A DNA stretch of 64,000 bases from Octopus sinensis. Its lineage: Eukaryota. Where the stretch lies: positions 33,790,001 to 33,854,000 of the forward strand of contig NC_043014.1 in assembly GCF_006345805.1 (NCBI RefSeq). Reading direction: 5' to 3'. This document shows positions 14,723 to 29,288 of the stretch, piece by piece; the first letter of the stretch is position 1; each line of letters opens with the position of its first letter. The position numbers and the translations under genes are program-made. The notes under the pieces are model-generated. The model saw only the letters and a program-made list of their open reading frames with translations. It had not been told where the DNA came from and ran no database searches.

Positions 14723-15305
14723 ATGTGTGTGTGTGTATGTGTATGTGTGTGTGCGTGTGTGTGTGTGTTCAAATATATATATATACACACACACACACAA
14801 CACTACGGAATACACACAAACACACACACTCACACACACATACTCATACACTCATATACGCACATATTAAGATTGTTTACGTGAGCTTGAAGAGTCTAGT
14901 TATAGCCCTGTAATGAGTCTAAGCTCAAGACTGGTGGTCTCTGCTAATACAGATTGCCTTAGAAGTGCCAACAACCCAAATACGTTACAGGATTTAAAAA
15001 GTTATCCCTTTTTTAATGTATTGGTGGTGGTGGTGGGAGAACTGAAAGCAGGTAGAGTTACTTTTCGTTTATATATGTGCATGTGTGTGTATGCAACACA
15101 TACACAAACACACACATATATATATATATATATACAAATATATATATACATATATATATATACATATATACATATATATATATATGTACGTGTACATATA
15201 TACATATTTATATACATATATGGAAATAAATTAGATATATATATATATATATATACATATTCATATACATATACATGTACATAAATGCATATTTAGATAA
15301 ATGTG

Positions 15306-15343
<38 letters not shown>

Positions 15344-15579
15344 CATACATACATACATACATATCTGCATGTCTATATATGTATGTATATATTTAAGTAC
15401 ATTACATACATATTACATATATATATATATCTATATATATATATAATATATATATATATATAATATATATATAACTTAAATATTATATATAAATATATAT
15501 GCGAGCGCGTGGTGTGTCTGCATATAATTTTTCGTCTACATTCGCTGTAGAAACAAGTAAAGGCAGGTATGTGTGTCTG

Positions 15580-15639
<60 letters not shown>

Positions 15640-16175
15640 CTTATTGATTTAATTCTAATCTCCACCGCATAATAATCTTATTTAAAATGATAACGAAGTG
15701 ACAAAGTAAATAACAAAAAACAGAAATAACAGAAATAAACAAAAATTTTTTTTGTTTTAAGAAAAATTAACCAAACGAATAAATATAAATAATTGCAAGC
15801 CAGGCAACACAAACAAAATAAAGACAACACAACTAAAACGAAAGCAAAACAGAATTGAAAAGAGAGAAGCAAAGAGCCTTCTGCGATATCAGATATTAGA
15901 CATTTTGCGGGCTTAAAGAAGGAACAAGAAACAAAGGAGAAACTGGAAACTTCGCTCAAGATAAGAAAGAGAGGAAGGAAGAGAGGAAGGAAAGAAGAAA
16001 GGATTTATTAAAAGACGTGCGTACGTGTCAATATATGTTGGTATATATATATGCATATGTATACACTCATGCACACAGACACACACACAGACACACAGAC
16101 ACACAGACACACATACATATATATATATGTATGCATATATGCAGATATATATTTACATAAATGTATATATAGATA

Positions 16176-16210
<35 letters not shown>

Positions 16211-16522
16211 GTATATAAGTACATATGTATGCTTGTTCATACACACACATACATACACACACACACGCACACATATATATACATATATATATATGTATGT
16301 AAGCACATATGTATGCTTGTTCATTCATATAGTATATTTATATATATACACACACACACTATATATACATATATATATGTATATATGTGTACATATATAT
16401 GAACGTATATGATACGTATATATACGTATATATATATATTATATAATATACGTATATTTATATTATATATATATATATATATATAATATATATAATATAT
16501 ATATATGTCATATGCATATATA

Positions 16523-16561
<39 letters not shown>

Positions 16562-16936
16562 CGTGCATGTATATACATATATATATATAGATAGATTCAT
16601 ATGTGCATATACATATGTGTTTGTATTTAAGGGTGCTTAATATATAATATATATTAACATGTGTGTCGGCGTATTAGGATTGAGGAAAGTAAAGAGTGGG
16701 GTTAGAAAAGTTACACCCTTCCACAATTTGGATTGTTTTTTTAGAAGCCGTTGTGTATAAAAATACTTTTCATCCTCCTCAGTTCGCTTCACTGGATATT
16801 CGACTTGGCTTCAACGCTGACTAATAACTAATGGTCGGGAGTAACTGGATATATATGTATGGTGTGTGTGTGTGGTGTGTGTGTGTGTCTGTGGGTGTGT
16901 GTGTGTTGTATATATGTGTATATATATGTATATACA

Positions 16937-16990
<54 letters not shown>

Positions 16991-17134
16991 ATATGTATAT
17001 ATATAATGTATATATCTACACATGCATATACTCATCAAGCCACACACTCTGCGTTGCATGTACCAAGAACCTGTTGGCATATATGTATATGTTTGCGTAT
17101 ATTATATATATACATACATACATACATACATACA

Positions 17135-17188
<54 letters not shown>

Positions 17189-17223
17189 GTATATATATAT
17201 ATATGTATGTGTATAATATATAT

Positions 17224-17260
<37 letters not shown>

Positions 17261-17262
17261 GT

Positions 17263-17295
<33 letters not shown>

Positions 17296-17316
17296 TATGT
17301 ATGTTTCTGTCTCGCG

Positions 17317-17600
17317 AGACAGATGAGTGACAACCTGGCCACTGGTGGTGGTGTAACACACCATAGTAATCATATCTGTCAGACATGTGAAAGAGAGTGT
17401 AATTCGGCAGGAGGACTTAAACGACATGCAAAGGTACATGAAGCCCAGTTACAACTACAGCCGGCTATTACCGCTAAAAGTTTTAGTTGCCAATTCTGTA
17501 GAAGACATTGTAGATCTTTAGCTGGGCTAAAAAGTCGCACTCGATCACAGTTAAGCTTCGTGCAATGGCCATACTCGATAACGAGGAGGCAGCCATAATA
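17317..17600 (+). mobile_element. RTE-clade LINE 3' end with C2H2-like motifs
   Basis: HICQTCERECNSAGGLKRHAKVH and FSCQFCRRHCRSLAGLKSRTRS resemble the CxxCxRxCxSxxGLxSH C-terminus of RTE ORF2; ends in an ATAATAAT tail. Confidence 0.55.
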
Positions 17601-17724
17601 ATGTATATATATGCGCCATACTAATACAATTGTTTGTTTGTATTCCACCTGCCTTCGTCTTTTGTTTATTTCCGTTTCCGTAAACCTGCCTTCGTCTTTT
17701 GTCTATTTTCATAAAGCTTCCCGT

Positions 17725-17776
<52 letters not shown>

Positions 17777-18057
17777 TATGCCAGTATATGTATGTGTGCA
17801 CAAAGACACAAGCCTGTATACATATACGTATGCATATGCACAAATGAAGCATATATGCTTTGACTCTTTCCATAATTATAGCGGATACAGTTTCCGTATA
17901 TTACACCCGCATAAACAATAGAAGGAACGATTGCATATCCCAGCCCATGTACACTGTGATGATGGTGATGGTGATGGTGATGGTGATGATGATGATGCTA
18001 ATGACTCTGTCGTTTTTGCTGATGATGGTTAAGCTACAGCAATTATGATCTCTCTTT

Positions 18058-18455
18058 CTCTCTTTTACTTGTTTCAGTCATTTGACTGCGGCCATGCTGG
18101 AGCACCGCCTTTAATCGAGCAACTCGACCCCGGGACTTATTCTTTTTGTAAACCCAGTACTTATTCTATCGGTCTCTTTTGCCGAACCGCTAAGTGACGG
18201 GGACGTAAACACACCAGCATCGGTTGTCAAACAATGCTAGGGGGACAGACACAGACACACAAACATACACTCACACACATATACATATATACATATATAC
18301 GACGGGCTTCTTTCAGTTTCCGTCTACCAAATCCACTCACAAGGCATTGGTCGGCCCGGGACTATAGCAGAAGACACTTGCCCAAGGTGCCACGCAGTGG
18401 GATTGAACCCGGAACCATGTGGTTGGTTAACAAGCTACTTACCACACAGCCACTC
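18058..18455 (-). mobile_element. tRNA-headed SINE family C with internal microsatellite
   Basis: GAGTGGCTGTGTGGTAAGTAGCTTG...GGTTCAATCCCACTGCGTGGCACCTTGGGCAAG head; ...CAGTCAAATGACTGAAACAAGTAAAAG tail. Confidence 0.8.
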
Positions 18456-18627
18456 TGTGATATTCTCTTTTTTGCATTCTGAGCTTAAATCCAACTTTGC
18501 ACTTCACCCCGCTGGGATTGATAAAAAGAAACTTGTTAGTAAAATACCGAGATGTGATGTCATTGGCTAACACCCGTCTCTCAAAACAGCTGACTTTGTG
18601 CCTATGTTAGAAACAATTAATATTGCA

Positions 18628-19020
18628 CTAGCGGAACCCGTGAATATTTCACGAATTAATGGTAAACTTATTGGGGTTATTTCTGAAAACTTTATCCAAA
18701 GAAACCTGAAAGCGTGACCTGTGTTATGTCTGTATGAAAAGTTAGTTACTCATCTGTTAATCATTGAAACATGAAGGAAATTGGAATACGAAGATTATTG
18801 AATGCACTTTATATATACACTTTATATACTTTATGCACAATTTTATAGACTTAATACACAACACTCTCCCTCTTTTTCTCTCACTCGTCGCCTTACCTTC
18901 TTTTACTCTATCCTTTTTTATCTCGCTCTTCGCCTTTTCCTTCAACTAATCACGTGAACGCGTTACAAACGGGCTAAGTAATGGAGGAAAAAACTTAGTT
19001 TTAAAAATTACACATTTCAC
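18628..19020 (-). mobile_element. Helitron-like element, 3' end
   Basis: Minus strand CGTGAA-ATA-TTCACG hairpin + GGTTCCG + CTAG^T at 18631-18628; related copy at ~12110-12350; 5' boundary uncertain. Confidence 0.5.
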
Positions 19021-19716
19021 TCACCACCACCCTCTCTCTCCACTCCTCTCCCCATTTCCTTTGCTTCTTGCCTATCCTCTCTACCTCCCTTCCCCATCCC
19101 ATTCGCAAAATATGCGACTTGTTGCTTCGTGTGTGTGTGTGTGTGTGTGGTGTGTGTGTGTGTTGTGTGTGTGTGTGTATGTGTGTGTTTGTGTATGTGT
19201 GTGACCGGCATTCTGTCGGTTACAACGACGAGTAAAATTATTTAATTCTGGATGCAGATCGTCCCAACATGATTTCAACCGATTCATATAGCCAACAGAG
19301 GGCTTTCGCTGTTTTGTAGTAATTAAATAAATCAGTATTCTCCAAGAGAAATGAGTTTTTTAATTACTGTTTCTTCTATAACAACAGTTCAAAAGAATCT
19401 GTTTACCTGTTGAGCTGTTGTTTTCGTTTTGTTCCTCGGTTGTGTTGTTGTTGATGTTGTTTCCAGCCATTCTCCGTTTTTTTCCGTCCTTGTTTTCGTA
19501 TACATTTGCTGCTTTCTTCCAAGGAATCTAATGCTCTTAGCTTAGTTTTGCCTTGGGGCTGGCCAGATTGGAGCAATCTCGAGTATAACCAGCCGGAATT
19601 GCAAAAATAATCTGGAACTTGACTGAGGATAGAAAGCTCCGAATGACCCGTCCTTGTTTTCTCTGTATCGTCTATCTGGATGTTTTGCGTTCTTGTCCCA
19701 TTTTTGTATTTTTTTA

Positions 19717-19862
<146 letters not shown>

Positions 19863-19874
19863 GTGTGTGTGTGT

Positions 19875-20370
19875 GGAGGAGCAATGGTCCAGTGGTTAGA
19901 GCAGCGGAGTCGCGGTTGTAGGATCGCAGTTTCGATTCCCCAACCGGTCATTATTGAGCGTAAACACCTAAAGCTCCACGAGGCTCCGGCGGGGGGGGGG
20001 TGAACCCTGCTGCACTCTTTCACCACAACTTTCTCCCACTCTTTCTTCTTGTTTATGTTGTACCTGTATTTCAAAGAGCCAGCCTTGTCACACTCTGTGT
20101 CACGCTGAATCTCCCCAAGAACTACGCTAAGGGTACACGAGTCTGTGGAATGTTCAACCACTTGCACGTTAATAAATGAGCTGCGACGTCACTGGTGCCA
20201 AGCTGTATCGGCCTTTGCCCTTCCTTGGATAACATCGGTGGCGTGGAGAGGGGAAGCTGGTATGCGTGGGCGACTGCTGGTCTTCCATAAACAACCTTGC
20301 TCAGACCTGTGCCTCGGAGGGTAACTTTCTAGGCGCAATCCCATGGTCATCCATGACCGAAGGGGGTCAC
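19875..20370 (+). mobile_element. Family B head/body joined to the tail of another SINE family
   Basis: Family B to ~20170, then GCGACGTCACTGGTGCCAAGCTGTATCGG...GACCGAAGGGGG as at 45600-45745; repeated at 20602-21097. Confidence 0.7.
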
Positions 20371-20392
20371 ACAATATATATATAAATATAAA

Positions 20393-20435
<43 letters not shown>

Positions 20436-20437
20436 TA

Positions 20438-20478
<41 letters not shown>

Positions 20479-20494
20479 TATATATATAATATAT

Positions 20495-20549
<55 letters not shown>

Positions 20550-20554
20550 TATAT

Positions 20555-20586
<32 letters not shown>

Positions 20587-20601
20587 TGTGTGTGTGTGTG
20601 T

Positions 20602-21097
20602 GGAGGAGCAATGGTCCAGTGGTTAGAGCAGCGGAGTCGCGGTTGTAGGATCGCAGTTTCGATTCCCCAACCGGTCATTATTGAGCGTAAACACCTAAAG
20701 CTCCACGAGGCTCCGGCGGGGGGGGGTGAACCCTGCTGCACTCTTTCACCACAACTTTCTCCCACTCTTTCTTCTTGTTTATGTTGTACCTGTATTTCAA
20801 AGAGCCAGCCTTGTCACACTCTGTGTCACGCTGAATCTCCCCAAGAACTACGCTAAGGGTACACGAGTCTGTGGAATGTTCAACCACTTGCACGTTAATA
20901 AATGAGCTGCGACGTCACTGGTGCCAAGCTGTATCGGCCTTTGCCCTTCCTTGGATAACATCGGTGGCGTGGAGAGGGGAAGCTGGTATGCGTGGGCGAC
21001 TGCTGGTCTTCCATAAACAACCTTGCTCAGACCTGTGCCTCGGAGGGTAACTTTCTAGGCGCAATCCCATGGTCATCCATGACCGAAGGGGGTCACA
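20602..21097 (+). mobile_element. Tandem duplicate of the 19875-20370 SINE composite
   Basis: Apparently identical, offset 727 bp. Confidence 0.7.
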
Positions 21098-21118
21098 CAA
21101 TATATATATAAATATAAA

Positions 21119-21159
<41 letters not shown>

Positions 21160-21162
21160 TAT

Positions 21163-21202
<40 letters not shown>

Positions 21203-21213
21203 TATATTATATA

Positions 21214-21281
<68 letters not shown>

Positions 21282-21512
21282 AAGTTAATCCAAACAAGAA
21301 AGCACAAAAAAAACACAACAACGCGAGGACGTGGAACAAATATAGTATTATTGGACGCTCAGGAAAGAAGGAAAGGAGGGTTTAACGTTTCGAGCGGAGC
21401 TCTTCGTCGGAAACATAGGAGAAGGAAAGATCCAGAGAAGGGAAGACAGAGGGAAAAAAATCGCCAACGGTACACACGCGGTCGTATGTATGTATGTATA
21501 TATGTATGTATG

Positions 21513-21544
<32 letters not shown>

Positions 21545-21916
21545 TGTATGTATATAGATGTGTGTATTAATATATATATACACACACACACACACAAGTA
21601 TGTAGCGCATGTGTGTACGTGCGTGAGTGTATCAGTCGTCAATATCCTATGTACATTACATGATGATATATATTTGGCAATTAGTGTTTGAAATTACGTA
21701 ACTCTATAGAACAGATGAATAAGTAATTATTCCATATAATAAAATGTTTCTAGTGTTGCTGTAAAACAATTTCGTTGGGATGTGGCTGTTGTAACCCCTA
21801 GAGAGAACATGTGGCTTTCTAACAACTGAAGGGTGGCGTTTTCGACCTATTTAGGGTCTTATCTTTCTCGGGTTATTTCATCTGAAAATGGTTTTAAATT
21901 GAGTTTTTTTTTATTT

Positions 21917-21955
<39 letters not shown>

Positions 21956-21961
21956 GGAAGC

Positions 21962-22038
<77 letters not shown>

Positions 22039-22548
22039 ATGCATGCATGTATGTATATGTATATGAATACGCAAACATACACAAACACACACACACATAC
22101 ATTGTGTGCGTATATGTTTGTGTCTGTGTGTGTATGTGTGTGTGTACGCATATACATATATACATAGTCGCATATAAAATGTTCACACAGTAACATAAGC
22201 ACACATACTTGTATACACAGACACGGTGAAACCAGATGGCATAGTATGACAAAGGTGGATCGAGATTAAATACAAGTGGACAGAATTCATTCAACCATAA
22301 GTTGTGTGTGTGTGTGTATGCGTGCGTGCGTGTAAGTGTGTGTGCGTGCATGTGTGTGTATGTGTGTGTTTTCGTTTGCGTATATACATACATACATAGT
22401 TTTGTAGGCATCGGTATGCATATGTAATCTATATATATATATATATATATATATATGTGAGCGATGTATTATCAGGTGGTGACAGCATGGGCTGCAGCAG
22501 CAGCAGCAGTAGTATAGTAGCAGTAACAGTAGTAGTAGTATCAGTAAC

Positions 22549-22592
<44 letters not shown>

Positions 22593-23815
22593 GAGGAGGA
22601 GGAGGAGGAGGAGGAGGAGGAGGAGTTAGGGTATCTCCTTTGCTGAGGAATCCGGGATGGAGGGAAAAAGTGCTGAGGTAGAGGAAATATTTGACAAAAC
22701 ACGGAAAGAATACAATTTCGTTTTATTAACACCAACCTACTCTACAACGTTAGCAACAACCATAACAACAACAAAAACTACTACTACTACTACTATTGCT
22801 GCTACACCATCATCATCATCACCACAAAAACGTATCAGCGTTTCCTCCATTATTAGCACTTCCTTTACATCACTGCTACCACCTGTAGTACTGTCACCGC
22901 AACCACCCCCACCACAGCCAAGTCTACCGTAACTAAAACGGAAACCATTGCCACTATTACAGAACCTTCATGAAACCACCCCACCACTCAAGGCCCTCGA
23001 AGGAGCCTGCACGTAGTTACTGAAACTGTATGAAAAAGCAGCTAAATCGCCTCAAATCACAAATTACTATCTTGGAAAAGGAAAGGAAAAATTCGTTAAT
23101 GTAGTATTACTTACCCTTAAAAGGTCTGGACGGTCATGACTGGAACGCATTTGATCAAAGTTCTGCTCGATTAGGGCTAACCTAAGGCTAAGCATCACCA
23201 CCACCACCAACAACAACAAAAACACCAATAACGTTGCTATTAGCAACAGATTTATTACTTTTAAAGAAGGCAAGTGGCTTAGTGGTTAGAGTATTCGGCT
23301 CATGATCGTAAGGTCGTGAGTTCAATTCCTAGCTGGCAAAAATGAGTAGTACCTGTATATCAAGAGCCAATCGTGTCTTACTCTGAGTCACGTTAAATCT
23401 CCCTGAGAACTCCGTTAAGTGTACACGTGTCTGTGGAGTATTCAGCCACTTGCTCGTTAATTTTACAAGCAGGCTGTTCCGTTGATCGGACCAACTGGAA
23501 CACTCGTCGTCGTAACCGACGGAGTACCAGTCTTCATCGCTGTTACCACCACAACATCACCACCGCTGCCATACCTTTATACCGTTATTACATCATCACC
23601 ACTATAATACTACTACCTATACAAATGGAATTAACAGACTGTGATAAAAATTTTCTTAAGCGCAGTTTTTCGAAGAATCGTTGGTGTTCAACAGAATGTC
23701 TCGAGTTCAAAGTTCAAAATTCATTGTAATCAATTCTACTTTCCATTCTTCCAAAGTCAATAAAAAGTGCGCACGCGTACACACACGTACACACACGCGC
23801 ACACACACGCACGCA

Positions 23816-23848
<33 letters not shown>

Positions 23849-23872
23849 TACAGAAGTATAGCAGTTATTTTC

Positions 23873-24260
23873 TTGCGGCAAGCTGGCAGAATTGTTAGCA
23901 CGCCGGGCGAAATGCGTAGTCGTATTTCGTCGGCCGTTACGTTCTGAGTTCAAATTCCGCCCAGGTCGACTTTGCCTTTCATCCTTTCGGGGTCGATAAA
24001 TTAAGTAACAGTTACACACTGTAATCGACTTAATCCGTTTCTCTGTCCTTGTTTGTCCATTTTGTGTTTAGCCCCATGTGGATAGTAAAGAAATAAGTAT
24101 TTTGTCCATCTTCTGAGTTCAAATCCTACGATGTCGACATTGCCTTTCATCCTTTCAGGGTCGATAAAAATAAGCACCCATGAAGCACTAGGGTCGATGT
24201 AATCGACTAACCCCTTCCCTAAAAAATAATTCAGGCCTTGTGCCTATAGAAGAAAGGATT
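23873..24260 (+). mobile_element. SINE family A, two-body form
   Basis: Same head and body motifs, repeated body from ~24097. Confidence 0.75.
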
Positions 24261-25429
24261 GTGGTTCTTGTTTAATCAAAGGTCAACCTATAACGAACAG
24301 ACTTATGTTCAGAGAAATTCCAACTGTGATAACCCTATCATTTTTTGTTCAGACACATTGGGAGCCACAAGGGAGCCTCTTTCAATCAGGTTTGCCTATT
24401 TATCCTTACTGGGGAAACTCCCTCTCTCGGTCGCAGCCCTGGACAAGGTACATTTTGTTTTTGTTTTTATTAAAGATTAGCAGCAGTCCATACAGCAAGT
24501 TTTCCCTTCTCCTCGCTACTAATATTGCCCAAAGGGATTGCAAAATCTGATATAGATTGGGACCAGTATCACTGTTGAGAAAATCAGAATGTAAACAACC
24601 AGAACAAATACCGCAAGGTATTTTGTTCAACGCTAGGGCCAATAGGAGGCGGCTTCAGCCAGTACATTGGTCCGGATTTTGGGAACCGAGAAAAAGTTCG
24701 TAACTTTGTGTTGCGCCCTTCACTAAAAAATAACATCTCAGCTCCCTTAAATTTTGGGATTCTCAGCCTCTCGAAAGTACACATGTGTAACATTACCAAA
24801 TTTCTCTACGTGACCCCATTCTATTCACTAACAGTTCTTCCAATCCACTGTTGATCTGTGTTTTACACGAAAACACTTCCTTCTATTAATTCCTCACTCC
24901 ATCAGAAAGACGAAAAGCGAGAATTGAACTCAGGACGCGAAAACCCGGAACAAATAGCGTAAGGCTGATGCTCCAATGATTCTGACCATCCGTCAATTTT
25001 CTCCAGGGTTCCAAGTACATCCTTGTTGTTGTTATTACTTATAATGATGATGATGATGCTGTTGTTGTTGCCATCGACACCCGGAAATAAGCTGTTTCTT
25101 CAAAATCAATGTTTTCTGTGTCCTCATCGAGCAAATTATTTTCTACGACTCGCAGACATGGGCACTTCCTCAGAGGTTTCAAAATATGTTAAGAGGTTTG
25201 TTACGCTCGGCTCTTATGTGGGATACAAAATCGTTTCAAGGGAAACACATCCAACACTAAAGCAAATTTATGGGACTGTTTAACAGGCCATTTCACTCTC
25301 ATAGGGAAAAACCGTTGAGTACAATCTGTCGGGCACTGATTTTCTCTGCAGCAACTCCTCTGTACATTCTACTACCATTCTACTTTTACGTTTCGAGCCT
25401 ACGCTCTTAACAGAAAGGAATCAGAGAAA

Positions 25430-25980
25430 TTAAACAGTGAGTGAAAGAAAACTTGTAGATTTCATCCGTTCAGCATGGCGAATGATTGAAAATTCTGTGA
25501 TTGCTTGCTTGCGTGCTTGCGTGCTTGCTTGCGCGCGTGGTTGTCTGTAATTTAATACAACCAAACCGGCGCATAATGGAAAAATACTCTGAAAGTAAGG
25601 TACCTCTGAAATGTGAATACAAACGGAATAAAACAAGTTTTGCGTAAATCGGACCACGAATTCCCGAGATATATGGGGTTTTTTTGGTGGGGTACCTTCA
25701 TAAATAGCCAAAATGGTGCATAATAGGAAAATACTCCGAAAGTAACATAACTCTAAAATGGGAATATATAATACTGTGAAAATTGTTTCCATTAATTTTA
25801 TGTTCACGTTGTATAACAATCCCTTTTGCATTTTTGTAGAAGTTTGCAGATATGCCATAAATAAATACTGTTAATCGGGTTCAGATTTATCCCGGGAGTT
25901 CTATTTCTATTAGACGCTGTAAATAATCAATGTTTTATAACCTGAACTGTCAGTGACCCAACGGGTCACGGGTAGTCTTG
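25430..25980 (+). mobile_element. Helitron-like element, 3' portion
   Basis: GTGACCC-AAC-GGGTCAC hairpin (25953-25969) followed by CTTG^T (degenerate CTAG); 5' end not found. Confidence 0.4.
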
Positions 25981-27109
25981 TCTGTGTGTGTGTGTCCCCT
26001 CGTGTCTGTCTTTGCCCCACCACCATCGCTTGACGACCAGTGCATAGCGGTTTAGCAAATGGGACGGATAGAATAAGTACAAGGCTTTAAAAATACGTCC
26101 TGGGGTCGAGTTGTTCGACTAAAACCCTTCAAAGTGGTGCCCCAGCATGGCTACAATCAAATAGCTGAAACAAAAAACAAAAAAGATAAAAGATTATTTT
26201 GCATTCTTCCGGCCTTTCCCAAGAATTTTATATATATATATATATATATATACGCGTCTATGTATGTGTATGTGTGTATTAGAGCTTATGTGTGCGTGTC
26301 TGTGTGTTTATATGGATGTATTTACATGCGTATGTATGCTTGTATATATGTGTACTTATGCGTATGTTGATGCATGTATGCGACTGTTTGAGTTTATGAA
26401 TATATATATATATATGTGTGTGTATGTTTGTGGTGTGGATCTATTTAATCTCTCACTACTTATTCTGACCTCTGGCGGTGAGACCATGTAACTAAACACA
26501 GCCAATTTAGACAATCTACAAATAGTTATAATTGTGGCGGTGTCAGTTTATCAACATCCAGTATCATCGCCACCGCCACCATACTACCACCGCCACCATA
26601 CTACCACCGCCATACCACCACTGTCACCACAACCACCATGATAGGAGCTCTATCACCACCAACACCACTACAACTACAATATCAGCACCACCAACACTCA
26701 ACACTCAACACCACCACCACTACCAATACAACACTAACACTACCCACACTACTACGACTAGCACTACAACACCACTAATACCAACACCACCATCAATACT
26801 ACCAGTACAATACCATTTCCAACACCACTATACCAAAATCATTACACCAACGCTGCCACTCTACCTCCACCCTCACAATTAACATCAATTCAGGCAGAGT
26901 CGACCTCGGTAGAATTTGAACTCAGAGCGCAGCGACGGGCTTTTACAGCTCACCATAATAATAGCTTTCTCTACGTGGTTGCTCGGCCAATCAGCTATAA
27001 ATACCAGCCAAGTCTTTATATAATATTGCACCCTACCATCCTCTCTCTGTCTTGGGTATTTTGCATTCCTATGTTCTTATCTCACTCTGTTTCAATATCA
27101 TCAAACAAG

Positions 27110-27400
27110 TCTTTTCTTGGTCACCCGCTTCTTTTATCTTCCCTTTTTCCAAACACGCTTCTTTTTGATGATGATCCAGTCGTTCAACAAAAGTGACTGA
27201 ACCACTCTAATGTTTTCGATCTTGCTGTTTCTATAAGTCTTTCTCTTTCCCCAATCCATCGCATTAAGTTGTTCTAAGACTGAACTAAGCATTAACTCGT
27301 TTCGCTTGTCCTTCCATGTAACGCAAGGGATTTTGTAAAAGTATCTCATTTTGAATGTTAACAATTTCATCTCAATAACTTCTGAGTATGTTCAGTTGTC
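27110..27400 (-). mobile_element. Decayed RTE-type RT C-terminal fragment
   Basis: KLLTFKMRYFYKIPCVTWKDKRNE resembles the RTE xLxxFEMRCxRKILxxxWxDKxxN motif. Confidence 0.5.
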
Positions 27401-27759
27401 ACATCAATACAATTTCATTATCATAGGCTTTTTTAGTTTTAGTTTATCGCTCGTTGTTTCAAGTCTTAGTCATTTTTGCTAACTGGGAAGAGCTAATAAG
27501 ATGGTGAGCTGGCAGAATTGTTAAAGCGTCAGAAGAAAAATTTTTCGTATTTCTTCCAATTCGTTACATTCTGAGTCTAAGTTTGACCGAGGTCGACTTT
27601 ACCTTTTCTTCTTTTAGGTCGATAAAATAAGTTTCAGTCAAGTACTATCCTCCTAAAATTGCTGGCCTTGTGTCAAAATTTGAAATAAAGATTTTGTGTA
27701 GAAATAACGCAGAAGTTCACAGTAGAAACAAATTAAAATGCCAGAACAATCCTCGGTAA

Positions 27760-28100
27760 TGTAAAGGGAAAGGAGTCCTGGATTACGAACGACATTCTAG
27801 AAAGTGTGACTAAAAGAAGAGCACTAAAATTCAAGAAGGATAAAAGTATTGCTGCCAAATATACCAAACATTGAAGTCCAAAAACAAATTAGAGTTGCTA
27901 AGTAGAATTTCATACGGAAGAAACGCTAAGAGATGCCAGAGGGGTTTGAGAAAAATAACACGAGAATGTATAAAAACTGCCATTGAAATCAAAAGGAAAA
28001 AAAATGTAACGATAGCTATTGAAGAGAAAAATGGCGATAAACTGAAATGTAGGAAACAAATGAGGTAAAATAGATGGAAATATGAAGGAACTATAAACAA
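27760..28100 (+). mobile_element. Decayed RTE-type EN-RT linker fragment
   Basis: KESWITNDILE...KRRALK...IEEKNGDKL...RW pattern with stops and frameshifts. Confidence 0.4.
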
Positions 28101-28185
28101 TTATTCCATTAGGACAGATTCGATAACCAGCACATTATGGATGAAGAGGAACCTTGAAATGCGGAGCAAGAGTTAGAGCTATATA

Positions 28186-28724
28186 TCAATCAACGTTCCG
28201 TCTGCTTAACTATCTACATCGCGGATCAAATATGACGCACAAACTCTGCTTATCCAATTATATGTTGCTGTTTTCCTAACATTATGCGCAAAAGCAATAG
28301 ATTCTTAGTCCTTTTGTTCTGCAGCAGATAGTTCATAGTATCTGAGAGAACAGTGAACACTCATTATATGAATGAAAAATCATTTCGTTCCGCACCAAAG
28401 AGTACATACAAGTATCTGTTGAAACCCTGTCTATTTCCTTGTTTAACACCGCGTGAAATAGCAGTACTTATAGCTTAGACCAAGCTATTGATTGCTGCTT
28501 TGTGACTGATCTCTAAAATTTGACGCTTGGCTGTCGAAGGAATAGGACCAAGGCATAGTAAAGCAAAACTTGAATGCTGTCCCATGAGAACAGTTCACGC
28601 CTTACTTCTTACTCGTTACTTTTTGACAAAGTATGAGATGGCTTTCGTCCCTCAGCTGCGTCTTACTTATTAGATTTGGCCCTTGTAGACATTTTCTCCC
28701 ACTAAATTTGAAATCTACCTTGAA
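28186..28724 (+). repeat. ~530-bp local duplicate of 31842-32362
   Basis: Colinear with scattered substitutions and indels; flanked by a 35-bp direct repeat. Confidence 0.85.
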
Positions 28725-29228
28725 ATGCGGAGCAAGAGCTAGAGCTATATATTTTCTGGGGTGAAATATGAGATACTGGAAGCAATGAGGTATTTACTGA
28801 TAGTACATAAAACATAGAGGAAACAAAAAGTAAAATGTTATGAATTGCCAAATAAGTAACAATTAGTTTCACAATATTCTTGACAATTCCCGCTACAGTA
28901 GCATCATAGAAAGATTTTTCGATAAACTTTTTGCAGTCATATTTTTCAATAAACTGAAAAATATTTACGGAGATGTACTTGCATAGCGAGTGATGCAGCA
29001 CGAAGTTTTGTCAGTGAACAGGTCGCGGTCTCAAAGCGACGAAAATATTTTGACAAATTAAATTTAAATGTTGAAGTTCTGAATCTAACGGTTTTTGTGT
29101 GTTTCTTAAATGGATTATAAACACCTTCCACGCTGCAATTGTTTGCGAAAAATATTTATTACGTTTCAAAGTCTATTAAGTTATACTGCAGGACTTTCTG
29201 AGTTGCTAGTAGTAGTAGTAGTAGTAGT

Positions 29229-29288
<60 letters not shown>

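Noticed and set aside
24560-24700. CCAAT/GC-box promoter for BARX
   Set aside because: Short motifs 11 kb from the first supported exon with no transcript evidence; may be repeat-derived.
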